Shown piece by piece: positions 1 to 9,272 of a stretch of 64,000 nt of DNA. Each line of letters begins with the position of its first letter. Position 1 is the first letter of the stretch. Location of the stretch: positions 4,429,264-4,493,263 of the forward strand of contig OZ241871.1 of assembly GCA_965202955.1 (NCBI GenBank), in the 5' to 3' direction. Source of the stretch: Caldilineaceae bacterium (lineage in GTDB: Bacteria; Chloroflexota; Anaerolineae; Caldilineales; Caldilineaceae). A program made the translations under genes and the position numbers. The notes under the pieces were generated by a model that saw only the letters and a program-made list of their open reading frames with translations, was not told where the DNA came from and made no database searches.

Positions 1-818
1 CGGTCGTTGAGGACGGATCTCTCCACAGCCAGATAGTCGTCGTAGGTATAGTCTAACGCCCGGTTGAAGTGCTCCAGCGCTTGGGCGACACGCGGATCGT
101 CCCAGCCAGTTGAGCCGTCAAACAGGCCGAGGTATGACTCGCCATCAAATACGCTGACCAGAAAGTGTCCAAGCCAGTGGTGGGCCGGCCCAGATCCCTG
201 GTAGAATCCAATCGCCGGGATACCAGCCGCTTCGAGCATCTCCGCCACCTGAAAAAACTCATCCCAGGTGGCAGGGGGCTGTTCGACCCCTACTTCAGCA
301 AGTCTGTCCGGCCGATACCACATGACGTTTCCGTGGTGAATGTTGACCGGCACAACGTAAGGTTTGCCGTCATAGGATACTCTGTCGATCACCGATGCAG
401 GGAAGAGGTCGTATAGGCCCATCTCTTCGTAGAGGAAGTCGATCGGTTCCATGCGACCCGGAATCACGTGATCTTCGATGATCCCCGCGCCGGCCCAGAC
501 CTGGAATGCGTCCGGCGGCTCGCCGCCCAACATCCTCGTCTCCAGAACGACCTTCATATTGACGCCGTCGCCGCCGCCTATGGCAGCGTTTACGACCTCT
601 ACGTCCGGATTCTCCATGTTGTAAACGTCGATCAGAGCGAACAGGCCGGCTAACTCGCCGCCGCTGCTCCACCAGGAGAAGATCTCCACTTCGCCGGTAG
701 ACCCTTCGGCTTCGGCCGGCATCTCGGCTGCCATATCCGTGGCCACTGGCTGGCACGCCACAAACGCAATTGCCAGAATGACCAATAGACTCAAGTGCGT
801 CAAACTCATGCGTTTCAT
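1..818 (-). CDS. ABC sugar transporter substrate-binding lipoprotein (CUT1 family), 3' end cut by the window edge; paralog of 2785-4077
   Basis: Absent from the supplied ORF track because it runs off the left edge. My translation of the minus strand from ATG 818-816 gives MKRMSLTHLSLLVILAIAFVACQPVATD...GEVEIFSWWSSGGELAGL...NAAIGGGDGVNMKVVLETRMLGGEPPDAFQVWAG...VVPVNIHHGNVMWYR... and stays open to position 1. A GGAGG RBS lies about 8 nt upstream. Lipobox FVAC. Colinear with the binding protein at 2785-4077. Confidence 0.85.
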   Translation of the reverse strand, partial: MKRMSLTHLSLLVILAIAFVACQPVATDMAAEMPAEAEGSTGEVEIFSWWSSGGELAGLFALIDVYNMENPDVEVVNAAIGGGDGVNMKVVLETRMLGGEPPDAFQVWAGAGIIEDHVIPGRMEPIDFLYEEMGLYDLFPASVIDRVSYDGKPYVVPVNIHHGNVMWYRPDRLAEVGVEQPPATWDEFFQVAEMLEAAGIPAIGFYQGSGPAHHWLGHFLVSVFDGESYLGLFDGSTGWDDPRVAQALEHFNRALDYTYDDYLAVERSVLND

Positions 819-944
819 TTTTCATTCCTCCCTGAAAGAATGACAAGCTGACGACCCAGACACTTTTGTCAACTAGCATGACACCTTCGAGCACTCTGGC
901 CGGCTAATGGTTCAGTCGCCTCACCTCCTTCCGCGTGGAAAACG

Positions 945-1772
945 TCAGCCGCTCAGCGAGCCCTCCAGCAGGCCGCGCATAAACAGCTTGCCGAGCACGA
1001 GGTAGACCACAATTGTGGGAACGGACGCGATCAGCGCGGCAGCCATCTGCAGGTTCCAAGGGATGGCCCCCATGCTGGAAAAGTTCTTGATGGCCACGGT
1101 GACCGGTGCGCGGGCCGGGTTGCCCAGTACGACCAGCGCCATCAGATACTCGTTCCAAATTCTCGTGCATTGCCAGACGCCGACCACGGCGAAAGTCGGC
1201 CCTGACAGCGGCAGGATGATGCGCCGGTAGATGCCGAAGAAGCCGCAGCCATCGATTTTTGAAGCGTCGACCAGCTCATCGGGCACGCTGGCATAGTACC
1301 TGAAGAAGAGCAGCGAGGTAATCGGAATGCCAAAGATGCAGTAGGCCATAATTAGCCCGTTTACCTTGCCGTACAGGCCCAGAAACTGCAAGACCCAAAC
1401 GAGGGGAATGAGAATGCCCTGCCCTGGCAGGAACATACCGAACACGAAGAGGAAGAGGATCCAATTCGAGCCGCGAAAGCCCCATTTCGCGAAGATATAG
1501 CCGTTGATCGAGCCGAGAAAGGTCGAGACGATGGCACCCGGAATGGTTATGCGCACGCTGTTCCAGAAATTGGAGTCCATCTGACTCCATGCCTCGCGGA
1601 AGCCGCCCCAATCCAGCGTTTTGGGCAGCTGCCAGATCTCGAACGAGCTGATGTCTTCAAGCGGCTTCAGCCCGGTCAGGATCATGACATAGAAAGGCAC
1701 AAGGTAGAAGACGGCAAATGCGATCAGGATCGCGTATTTGGCACTGCCGGTAAAGAGACGCTGCCAGCTCAT
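945..1772 (-). CDS. ABC sugar transporter permease (MalG/CUT1-type)
   Basis: The track ORF 945-2639 is over-extended; its upstream part is Arg/Pro-rich and overlaps the next gene. The real start is ATG 1772 (MSWQRLFTGSAKYAILIAF...). It shares a 4-nt ATGA overlap with the stop of the upstream permease. Multi-TM protein with an EAA-loop-like segment DASKIDGCGFFGIYRRIILPLSGP. Confidence 0.9.
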   Translation of the reverse strand: MSWQRLFTGSAKYAILIAFAVFYLVPFYVMILTGLKPLEDISSFEIWQLPKTLDWGGFREAWSQMDSNFWNSVRITIPGAIVSTFLGSINGYIFAKWGFRGSNWILFLFVFGMFLPGQGILIPLVWVLQFLGLYGKVNGLIMAYCIFGIPITSLLFFRYYASVPDELVDASKIDGCGFFGIYRRIILPLSGPTFAVVGVWQCTRIWNEYLMALVVLGNPARAPVTVAIKNFSSMGAIPWNLQMAAALIASVPTIVVYLVLGKLFMRGLLEGSLSG

Positions 1773-2692
1773 TCTTTCTCCTCGCGCAGTACGCTCAGCA
1801 GGTAGGGAAGGATCAGAGGGATGGAAAGAAAAAGCATCAGTGTGGCGACGGCCGCGCCCAGCCCGTAACGGCTGGAGCGGAAGGTTTGTTCGAACATGTA
1901 GAATCCCAGCGTATCGGTGGCGAACGCGGGGCCGGTACCGATGATACTGGGGATCTCGAAGTTGCCGATGGAGCCGGCGCCGGTCAGCACGATCGCGGTA
2001 AAGGTGACGGGCCTGAGCATTGGAATGAACACGTAGCGGTAGAGGGCGATCGTGCCGGCGCCGTCGATGATCGCGGCCTCGCGCAACTCTTCGGGAATGC
2101 CGCGCAGACCGGCAAGATAGAGCGCCATGACGAAACCTGAGAACTGCCACGAGCCCATGATCGTGATCGCCAGCATGCCCAGCTTTGGGTGCATGTACCA
2201 GAGTGGGCGAAATCCCTCGAAACCCAGGTCGGCAATCAGCAGATTGATGCCTGCGGACGGCACCTGAAGCCATCGCCAGGCCGTGCCGCTGACGACCGCC
2301 GAAACGGCAAACGGCATCAGAAAGACGGTGCGGAAAAAGGCTTCGCCCTTTATTCTTTCGTATAGCAAAGCCGCCAGCAGAAAGCCGAAGATCAGGCACT
2401 GGCTCATGTAGCCGACGGCGAAGAGTACGAGGTTGCGAACGTCGATGTGAAAGCGGGGATCGGTGATCATGCGCTGCCAGTTTTTGAGGCCGGCGAAGGA
2501 GAGGTCGAGGGCGGGGCGGTCCCAACCGGAGAACGAAATGTAGAACGTCCACCCCATGAAGACATAGATAAAGACCGCCACGGCGATGATGGACGGGGAC
2601 AGGACGAGCATCGCGACCTTGCGGTCGTCTCGCAACCATTTCGGCAGCGAGGCCCTGAGCGATTTGAACTGTACGGGAAGGCCGGCATTCAT
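1769..2692 (-). CDS. ABC sugar transporter permease (MalF/CUT1-type)
   Basis: 307-aa multi-TM ORF. EAA loop EAAIIDGAGTIALYRYVFIPMLRP. Sits between the binding-protein gene and the second permease. Confidence 0.9.
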   Translation of the reverse strand: MNAGLPVQFKSLRASLPKWLRDDRKVAMLVLSPSIIAVAVFIYVFMGWTFYISFSGWDRPALDLSFAGLKNWQRMITDPRFHIDVRNLVLFAVGYMSQCLIFGFLLAALLYERIKGEAFFRTVFLMPFAVSAVVSGTAWRWLQVPSAGINLLIADLGFEGFRPLWYMHPKLGMLAITIMGSWQFSGFVMALYLAGLRGIPEELREAAIIDGAGTIALYRYVFIPMLRPVTFTAIVLTGAGSIGNFEIPSIIGTGPAFATDTLGFYMFEQTFRSSRYGLGAAVATLMLFLSIPLILPYLLSVLREEKE

Positions 2693-2723
2693 GGCGCGAT
2701 ACGGGAAAATCGGGATAGATGGC

Positions 2724-2771
2724 GGGACGCGGAAAGAGGGCGAGGAGTCTGCCGTTTGCTTTCCGCGTCCC
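2724..2771 (-). other. 13-bp perfect inverted repeat (stem-loop) in the gap between the binding-protein gene and the first permease gene
   Basis: GGGACGCGGAAAG (2724-2736) is the exact reverse complement of CTTTCCGCGTCCC (2759-2771), with a 22-nt loop. It lies between the stop at 2785 and the permease start at 2692. A role as an mRNA stabiliser or partial terminator is inference. Confidence 0.5.
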
Positions 2772-2784
2772 GATGATTCATCTG

Positions 2785-4077
2785 CTACTGGCCGATTCCG
2801 GAGTCGGCGGCCGCCTGAATCAGCTCCTGTTGGGCGCGTTCAACGTCGCCGTGCCCGGTCAGGTAGTTGTTCACGATATTGCCCAGGTCGGTCACGAAGC
2901 TCTGGCGAACAAGCCCGCCGATGAAGGGCAGGAGCTCGTGGGAACTCCAGGCCGCCATCGATTCGCGCAGGTATTCGTCGTACAGTTCCACGTCGCCGTC
3001 GGTGCGGACCGGGATCGAGCCCTTGAGCGGGTTGAAGGCGTCCTGCCCGTCGCGCGAGGCAACGACCTTGAGCCAGGCGATGGCGTTGTCGCGGTTGGGC
3101 GCGTTCTTAGGCAGGCCGAAGGAGTCGGCCACCCAGACATATTTGCCCTGGTGGTTCGGGATGTCGGCCCAACCGACGAGTTCCTGAATGCCCTCAGCCT
3201 TGATGAAACCCCAGAACCAGTCTCCCATCAGGATTATGGCCGGCGTCTCGTCGTAGTCGGCAGCGAAGCGTTCGACCTGGTCGCCCCAGCCGACCTCAAG
3301 CCAGTCTTCGGAGGCATACTCCATCGCTCGCTTGTGGAGCTCAAGCGCTTCGGCGACTTCGGGCGCATCCCAGCCGACTGAACCGTCGAACAGGCCGAGA
3401 TAGGTCTCGCCGTCGGTCACGCCGTTGAGGAAGTAGTTGTAGGTGTGGAAGGCAAGCGCACCCAGTGATGCGCCGCCGATCGCGGGGATGCCGGCCTCTT
3501 TCAACTGCTCCGCCACGATGAAGAACTCGTCCCAGTCTGTGGGCGGGTCGGTGATGCCGGCGGCCTCAAAGCGGTCGAGGCGGTACCACATAACGTTCTG
3601 GCGGTGGATATTGACGGGCACCACATAGGGCGTGCCTTCATAGGAGACGTTGTCGATCACGCCTTGCGGGAAGACGTCGTAGAGCCCCTCTTCAGAGTAG
3701 AGGAAGTCCAGCCCCTCCATTCTGCCGGGCGCGACATGGTCCTCGACGACGCCGACGCCGGCCCAGACCTGAAACGAGTCCGGGGGCTCTCCTCCCAGCA
3801 TGCGCGTCTCGAGCACGGTCTTCATGTTGACGCCGTCGCCGCCACCGATTGCGGCGTTATCGAACTCGATTTCCGGATAGCGTGCGTTGAAGACCTCTAT
3901 GATGGCGTTGAGTCCTTCCAGCTCGCCGCCGCCGCTCCACCAGGAGAACACCTCCACTTCGCCGCTCGGCTCTTGGGCCTCCATCGACATGTCGCCAGCC
4001 GGCTCGGTTGCAACCGGTTGGCATGCGGCCAGGGCCAGTGCCAGGATGATGAGCAAGGCTAGGCTTAAGCGTTTCAT
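2785..4077 (-). CDS. ABC sugar transporter substrate-binding lipoprotein (CUT1 family)
   Basis: Track ORF is 2785-4122. I prefer the start ATG 4077 (MKRLSLALLIILALALAACQ, lipobox LAAC), which has a GGAGGAAAGG RBS immediately upstream. Typical extracellular solute-binding protein, about 430 aa. Confidence 0.9.
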   Translation of the reverse strand: MKRLSLALLIILALALAACQPVATEPAGDMSMEAQEPSGEVEVFSWWSGGGELEGLNAIIEVFNARYPEIEFDNAAIGGGDGVNMKTVLETRMLGGEPPDSFQVWAGVGVVEDHVAPGRMEGLDFLYSEEGLYDVFPQGVIDNVSYEGTPYVVPVNIHRQNVMWYRLDRFEAAGITDPPTDWDEFFIVAEQLKEAGIPAIGGASLGALAFHTYNYFLNGVTDGETYLGLFDGSVGWDAPEVAEALELHKRAMEYASEDWLEVGWGDQVERFAADYDETPAIILMGDWFWGFIKAEGIQELVGWADIPNHQGKYVWVADSFGLPKNAPNRDNAIAWLKVVASRDGQDAFNPLKGSIPVRTDGDVELYDEYLRESMAAWSSHELLPFIGGLVRQSFVTDLGNIVNNYLTGHGDVERAQQELIQAAADSGIGQ

Positions 4078-4168
4078 CGTTCCTTTCCTCCTTTTGAGGG
4101 GTAGATGACCGGAGAGGTCCACTGTGCTATATCAAGATAATTTCGATTTTTTGTCTTCGTGCAGAGCT

Positions 4169-4197
4169 ACTATAGCATAGCGAACGCCAGCGATCAA
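4169..4197 (-). promoter_or_regulatory. Putative sigma-70-type promoter for the 2785-4077 operon
   Basis: On the minus strand: TTGATC (4197-4192), 17-nt spacer, TATAGT (4174-4169), about 90 nt upstream of the start codon and inside a locally AT-rich patch. Pattern match only. Confidence 0.3.
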
Positions 4198-4343
4198 TCA
4201 CGGAAAACGAGGCGGTTAGCGGGCAGGAGTGACTGGCGCAGCAGGTAAAGGAGCGTAATTTTTTGGCGGGTCGCTTGCTGGAGGGGACAGGCAATCGACA
4301 GCGAGGGTATCGCCAAACATTGGGATCAGGCGGAATCGGTCCG

Positions 4344-5930
4344 CTACTCCGGCGCGGCGGGCTGGCGGCGGTAAATCCGGCCCGATTCCAGTGTGTGCGG
4401 CTCCAGAAGCTCGGTAACGGTGACGAAATGGATCCCTTTGCTCTTCAGCGAGGCAATGATTGACGGCACCGCCTCGACCGTTGTTCTGTGAATGTCGTGC
4501 GCCAGGATGATCGCTCCCGCCGGCGAAGCGATGATGCGTGAAGCCACAATCTCCGAGTCGCGGTCCTTCCAGTCGAGCGGGTCCACGCTCCAAAGTATGA
4601 CCGGCATGTCGGTCGCCGCCAGAACGTGGTCGTTGTAGGCGGCGTAGGGCGGGCGCATGTGCTGCGGCGCCTCGCCAATGATCTGGCTGATGATACTATC
4701 GGTCAGACGTATCTGCTCGCGGATCATTTCCGGAGACAGATAGGTGAGATTCGGATGGTTCCAGGTGTGATTGCCGATCTGGTGGCCTTCCCGGTCCATC
4801 CGCCGGATCGTCTCGGAGTGAATCTTGGCCGACTGCCCGACTACGAAGAAGGTAGCCTTTACACCATGATCCTTCAGAATGTCGAGCAGGCCGTCGGTAT
4901 AGATGGAAGGACCGTCATCGAAGGTCAGGGCTACGCAGAGAACCTCCAGGCAGTTCGGCCCTTCTTCGCGGGCTGATTGGGGCTGTCGTGCCAGGGCCGC
5001 AGATGCGTCAAGCGCCAGGCCCTGGTCGGGGGAGGAGGGAGGCGCGGGGCGTTTCAACGGGATAAGCTGCCAGATTTCGGGCCGCAGGTAGTCGGCGAGC
5101 TCGTAGGCTGCGATTTCCACCTCCAAGGGGCCGCCTACGCCTGGGGCCACCTGGTTTTCATCGAATCTAACCAGGATGTAGCCGTCTTCGCGAAAGAGAA
5201 TGTCATCAAAGTTGACCTGCGTTGGCGCTGTGCCCTGTTGGATCCATCTGAAGGACAGTCTCAGCGATTCATTGCGCGCTTCTTCGGAGCCAAACTCTAC
5301 CTGCGTGACATTGTCCAGCACGCGATCTATGAGTTCGGCCCTGGCCAGGTCAGAGAGTCGATGCAAGTAGCTCAGATCATTGAAGAGGTCGGAGGTTAGC
5401 AGCTCCTGGCCAGAGTTGCGGTCAAAGATAAAGCCCTGCAGCGCTTTTTCGCTTTGGCCACCGATGAAACGGGAGCGCGTCACGACGAAATAGACGACAT
5501 CGGCGTTAGCGACCGAGACGTCGAAGTGCTGATGGAAGTGGGTAACAAGCGTTGACGACTCCTGCCCTGATTCGTTCTTGTGCTCCTGGAAGGAGTTTTC
5601 GATTTCGGCTGAAGTGCTGCGAAACTCGTCGATGAAGTCGTGCGCCAACTGCTGCATACGGGCGTTAATTGCGTCATGCTCGGTTACTGGGAAGGAGACA
5701 TGGAGCAGCGACCGGCCATCGTTTTCGATCTCTGCGACCGTATGAGCGAATACGTTGTCGTATTTGGACGGTCTGGTTGAAGGCGTATTGTGCGGCGGCG
5801 CCGCGGATGCCGGCCCCATTGACGGCGCTGGCCAGTATGCGACGGAACTGTCTGTAATTGGCTTACAAGCCGTCAACGCTAGCGAAGCGACCAGGATGAG
5901 TCCTGCTGAGAATGTTGCCGCTCTTGTCAT
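4344..5930 (-). CDS. Polysaccharide/peptidoglycan deacetylase lipoprotein, PdaC-like (N-terminal DUF3298/DUF4163-like module plus C-terminal NodB domain)
   Basis: C-terminal NodB motifs are present: LTFDDGP, GNHTWNHP, RPPY, ILAHD. The N-terminal ~300 aa resemble the RsiV/PdaC-type module, judged from memory only. Start ATG 5930 gives MTRAATFSAGLILVASLALTAC (lipobox LTAC). The track start at 6041 is an alternative. Confidence 0.8.
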   Translation of the reverse strand: MTRAATFSAGLILVASLALTACKPITDSSVAYWPAPSMGPASAAPPHNTPSTRPSKYDNVFAHTVAEIENDGRSLLHVSFPVTEHDAINARMQQLAHDFIDEFRSTSAEIENSFQEHKNESGQESSTLVTHFHQHFDVSVANADVVYFVVTRSRFIGGQSEKALQGFIFDRNSGQELLTSDLFNDLSYLHRLSDLARAELIDRVLDNVTQVEFGSEEARNESLRLSFRWIQQGTAPTQVNFDDILFREDGYILVRFDENQVAPGVGGPLEVEIAAYELADYLRPEIWQLIPLKRPAPPSSPDQGLALDASAALARQPQSAREEGPNCLEVLCVALTFDDGPSIYTDGLLDILKDHGVKATFFVVGQSAKIHSETIRRMDREGHQIGNHTWNHPNLTYLSPEMIREQIRLTDSIISQIIGEAPQHMRPPYAAYNDHVLAATDMPVILWSVDPLDWKDRDSEIVASRIIASPAGAIILAHDIHRTTVEAVPSIIASLKSKGIHFVTVTELLEPHTLESGRIYRRQPAAPE

Positions 5931-6361
5931 CTGGATGGAGCCCCCAGGCGGGAACCGGAAAGTTGCTGGGCTGGCTTCGTGTTCTGCGAAGAGCCTTTCC
6001 GCGCCTTCGGCCGTCCGGCTGTTCGAGTGTCGGCTGACCAATGGAAGTCGGATGGACCAGAACGGTTTTGCTCTCTCTCCATATCCAGACAGGTAGAGCG
6101 GCAGAAAAGTTCCTTGGCGCGCGTCCCGGAGTTGCCCCGTAACTCCGGAACGCGGGAGGATTACTGGATTTCAGAACTGGCGATTCTATGCAGAAGGGTG
6201 GCGCCGTGTCAGGAGGTCAGATTTGACGCGGGGTTGCAGCGAGTTTAAGATTTCGCAGAGGTTGCCGCTGCGTCGATCGCGGATATCGCTCGGCTTGCAG
6301 GGGCATCCCGTTCACCGACTCTGAGGCTTTCAGACCTGCAGTCAAGAAAAGGGAGGCTTTC

Positions 6362-6676
6362 GTGATTCGCAAAGCGTTCGTTATGTCGGTAAATCCCGAC
6401 CAGCACGAGGAGTACGAGGAGCGCCATAGCCCGATCTGGCCCGAGCTTGAGTCTGTCCTCAAGGCGCACGGCGTCAGCAATTACTCGATCTTCCTCGACG
6501 CCGATACGCACACACTGTTCGCTTACGCAGAGATCGAGGACGAGGGGCAATGGGCCAGCATCGCGGACGAAGAGATCTGCAAGAAGTGGTGGGCCTACAT
6601 GCGGGACATTATGCCTTCCAACCCGGACAATAGCCCCATCAATAAAGACCTGCGGCAGGTCTTCCACATCGACTGA
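6362..6676 (+). CDS. rhaM: L-rhamnose mutarotase
   Basis: 104 aa: [46 protein letters not shown]...[18 protein letters not shown]...VF. Near-colinear with E. coli RhaM/YiiL as I remember it. GTG start with an AGGGAGG RBS. Confidence 0.93.
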   Translation: MIRKAFVMSVNPDQHEEYEERHSPIWPELESVLKAHGVSNYSIFLDADTHTLFAYAEIEDEGQWASIADEEICKKWWAYMRDIMPSNPDNSPINKDLRQVFHID

Positions 6677-6713
6677 ACGGCCGTCCCTGCGGAGAACTCC
6701 GCCCGCACGGCTG

Positions 6714-9272
6714 CTACCGGCCGCGGCCGAGAACGCCTTGCACGGTCTTTCCGCTTGGCAGGTTAACCTGGTACTCTGCTGGCGACGCGGCCAGCGGCGG
6801 CGCAATGCGGACAGTCGCGGTCGCGGACCTGCCCGCCGGCAACAGGCGGTATCGGGCGCCCAGCTCCGTATCGAACTGGAGGATCTCACCGTCCAGTTCC
6901 CGCTCAGCGGCTCCCGCCTCGCGCAGCGTACAACTCATTCCCCAGGGGTTGCGCAGCCGGCACACCTCCCCGCGCCGCGAATCAATCTCCACAGACTCCA
7001 CTTCGCCCCCTCGCATGGCGGAGCTGACCACAAAGCCGCCGCGCGTCAGCAGCCGGAATGAGGCGTCCCAGTCCCTGGGCCAGGCCGGGAAGAGGCTAAT
7101 GATCTCGGGCTGGCCGGGCCGCGCGGAGACACCCTGCAAGACGCTTTCCTGCAAGAGGAAGCTGATACAGCCTAGCGGTTCAATCGAATGGGCCTGGTTC
7201 TCGATCGCGCCATGCCCCTCGAACAGGCTCCAACCGTTTTCCAACGCGCCAAACGCCGCGTAGTAGGCAGACAAGATGGCTGGCAACTCGTCGCCGCGCC
7301 CGGCCCGCACCGCCGCTATCGGCGTGCGGATGGCAGTATTGCAGGCATCGCCGCGCAGAATCGATCCCATACGCGGCGCCAGGTCGAGCAACTTCTGCAC
7401 AATGGCGTCCGTCGCCGGCCGGCGAGTCTCCAGGGTCCAATCTTCGAAGGGGAAGACCGGCGCCAGCCATACGTCTTCCGGGTTTTGCTGACCATCTACA
7501 ACACCCAACCTTGCCGCGGCCCAGACGTCCTCCGTCAGCACGCCTCCCGTAAGCGCCTGCGCCTGCGGATCGCTTCCCATCAAGTAGGGAGTCAAATCGT
7601 CCAACATCTCCTGCCACGCCCGCCGTAACGCCGGGTCCACTTCGAGCGTTTCAGCCACGGCAATCGCAACCGGCGCCGCACCGCGTATCGCCGCCAGGTC
7701 CCAGATTCCATCGTCCGCGCCCCAGAAGTCCTCATGCTGGTTCAGCCCGTGAAGGTGAAGGCTGCCGTCTTCGCCGCGGACCGCCAGGCCGCGATAAAAC
7801 TCGACCGTGTCCCGCAGCATCGGGTATGCCGCTGTGCGCAGCCAGTCGGCATCGCCGCTGTAGCGATAGCGCCACCACGCGAGCAAAGCCAGCTCACAGG
7901 CGGTCGTGGCCAGGTGGCTGATCCAGGAGACATGGCTGTCCGTACGCCCTTGAAGAGGGTAGAGCTGTGTAAGCAGATGGTGCTCGTAGCGGCACAGCTC
8001 CCGCAACCGCGTGGACAGCGTCTCGGAGGGCTGTTGGCCCAGAAAAACCGCCTGGAACTCTTCGGCAAGCTCATCGGGCAAGACCACCGGCCCGTCAAAG
8101 GGGGCTGTCTCCGGGTAGAAAGCGCCTGGGACGCCCCACCGTTGCGCCGCGGCTTTGCGGCACGCGTCCAGCTGGCTCGCGTACATGCGGAAGAAGGGCT
8201 CGCACAGGTCGTCAGCATCTGCAGCCATCAGCGTGTAGTAGTGCATCTCCATCGTCCAGACCCAGAACTGCGCCCCCCAGTTACGCGTGTCACCGTTGGT
8301 CGTGAAGATCGACCCGTTCCACTTGGGCGGGAAAGCACCGCGCGAGCTGCTGGCCATGTAGTAGAGATGCAACGTTCGCACGCGTTCCATGAAGTCGGCC
8401 ACGCCGTCCTCGCTGTGAATATGGAGAAACGTGCGGGCCCAGAAGCCTTCCCACCAGCGAAGGTGGCTCGCCCTCAGAGCCGGCAAGCCTTCGCTGAGGG
8501 CAGAGTCGAGCCGTGTCAGTGCCTGTAGGCCCACGTCCTCTTCACTCGACCAGGAGACTGCCGAAGAAAAGAGCAGTGTGCGCGTTCCAGAAGTCGCGGG
8601 CAGGACCAGGGTGCGCCGGCCCGGGGAGGAACCGGCTGCGTCCAGCCTGGCCCCGTCTCCGCCCGCACTGACCGCCGAAGCGCAGTAATGGTCGCCCTCG
8701 GTGAACTGCTGGGTCAGCGTCAGGCGATCGCTGCTTTCTCCTTTCGTAGTGGAGGAGTGCTCCGCGATGGAGTAGGCCGCCAGGTGATCGCCGGTGCGCA
8801 CTTCCGGCGCTCGCCACATCGACAAGGTCACGCGGACCGGTACCAGGTCGGTCCGTTCATCGTCGATTTCCACAACGAGGACATCCGTCGGCCCCGAGAG
8901 TTCCTCGGCTGCGGCCACAAAGCAGCGCGCTGTTACACCTTCGCCGCGGACCGTGCATTCCGCCTCGTAGAGCGAAAGACGCTGGCTGAAGGCCGGCGCG
9001 TTGCCCGCGAAGGGGGTGCCGCCCACCTCCACCGTCACTTGCGCGCACGCGCTGCAGTGGTCGGCCGGGTCAGCATAGTCGCCGGCGTGGTGTTTGTTCA
9101 CCGAAAACAGGTCGCTGCGATTAATCTGGAAGTGAATCGCGCCGGGCGTGGTCCAGACCATCGTGCCGGTGCGGCCATTGCCGATGGGCTGCCCCTGCAC
9201 GGGATGCTCGACCGGCTGCTCATATAACAGGTCTGCGCGCCCGATCAGGGCACGGTAGTCGACGTCAAACAT
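6714..9272 (-). CDS. GH95-like / DUF5703-type glycoside hydrolase (putative alpha-L-fucosidase/galactosidase-like)
   Basis: The track ORF 6714-10088 is over-extended into the upstream gene. The real start is ATG 9272 (MFDVDYRALIGRADLLYEQP...PIGNGRTGTMVWTTPGAIHFQINRSDLF), which is the typical N-terminus of the GH95/DUF5703 family. 852 aa. It overlaps the upstream stop by 8 nt. Catalytic residues were not verified. Confidence 0.7.
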   Translation of the reverse strand: MFDVDYRALIGRADLLYEQPVEHPVQGQPIGNGRTGTMVWTTPGAIHFQINRSDLFSVNKHHAGDYADPADHCSACAQVTVEVGGTPFAGNAPAFSQRLSLYEAECTVRGEGVTARCFVAAAEELSGPTDVLVVEIDDERTDLVPVRVTLSMWRAPEVRTGDHLAAYSIAEHSSTTKGESSDRLTLTQQFTEGDHYCASAVSAGGDGARLDAAGSSPGRRTLVLPATSGTRTLLFSSAVSWSSEEDVGLQALTRLDSALSEGLPALRASHLRWWEGFWARTFLHIHSEDGVADFMERVRTLHLYYMASSSRGAFPPKWNGSIFTTNGDTRNWGAQFWVWTMEMHYYTLMAADADDLCEPFFRMYASQLDACRKAAAQRWGVPGAFYPETAPFDGPVVLPDELAEEFQAVFLGQQPSETLSTRLRELCRYEHHLLTQLYPLQGRTDSHVSWISHLATTACELALLAWWRYRYSGDADWLRTAAYPMLRDTVEFYRGLAVRGEDGSLHLHGLNQHEDFWGADDGIWDLAAIRGAAPVAIAVAETLEVDPALRRAWQEMLDDLTPYLMGSDPQAQALTGGVLTEDVWAAARLGVVDGQQNPEDVWLAPVFPFEDWTLETRRPATDAIVQKLLDLAPRMGSILRGDACNTAIRTPIAAVRAGRGDELPAILSAYYAAFGALENGWSLFEGHGAIENQAHSIEPLGCISFLLQESVLQGVSARPGQPEIISLFPAWPRDWDASFRLLTRGGFVVSSAMRGGEVESVEIDSRRGEVCRLRNPWGMSCTLREAGAAERELDGEILQFDTELGARYRLLPAGRSATATVRIAPPLAASPAEYQVNLPSGKTVQGVLGRGR

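Noticed and set aside
945-2639. 564-aa ORF in the track
   Set aside because: Only the last 275 aa, from ATG 1772, look like a permease. The upstream part is Arg/Pro-rich and overlaps, out of frame, the genuine permease gene at 1769-2692.
6681-6710. Short hairpin (GCGGA-GAAC-TCCGC with flanking CCGT/ACGG) between the convergent rhaM and GH95-like genes, considered as a bidirectional terminator
   Set aside because: The stem is only 5-9 bp and no U-tract lies on either side. That is too weak to call.
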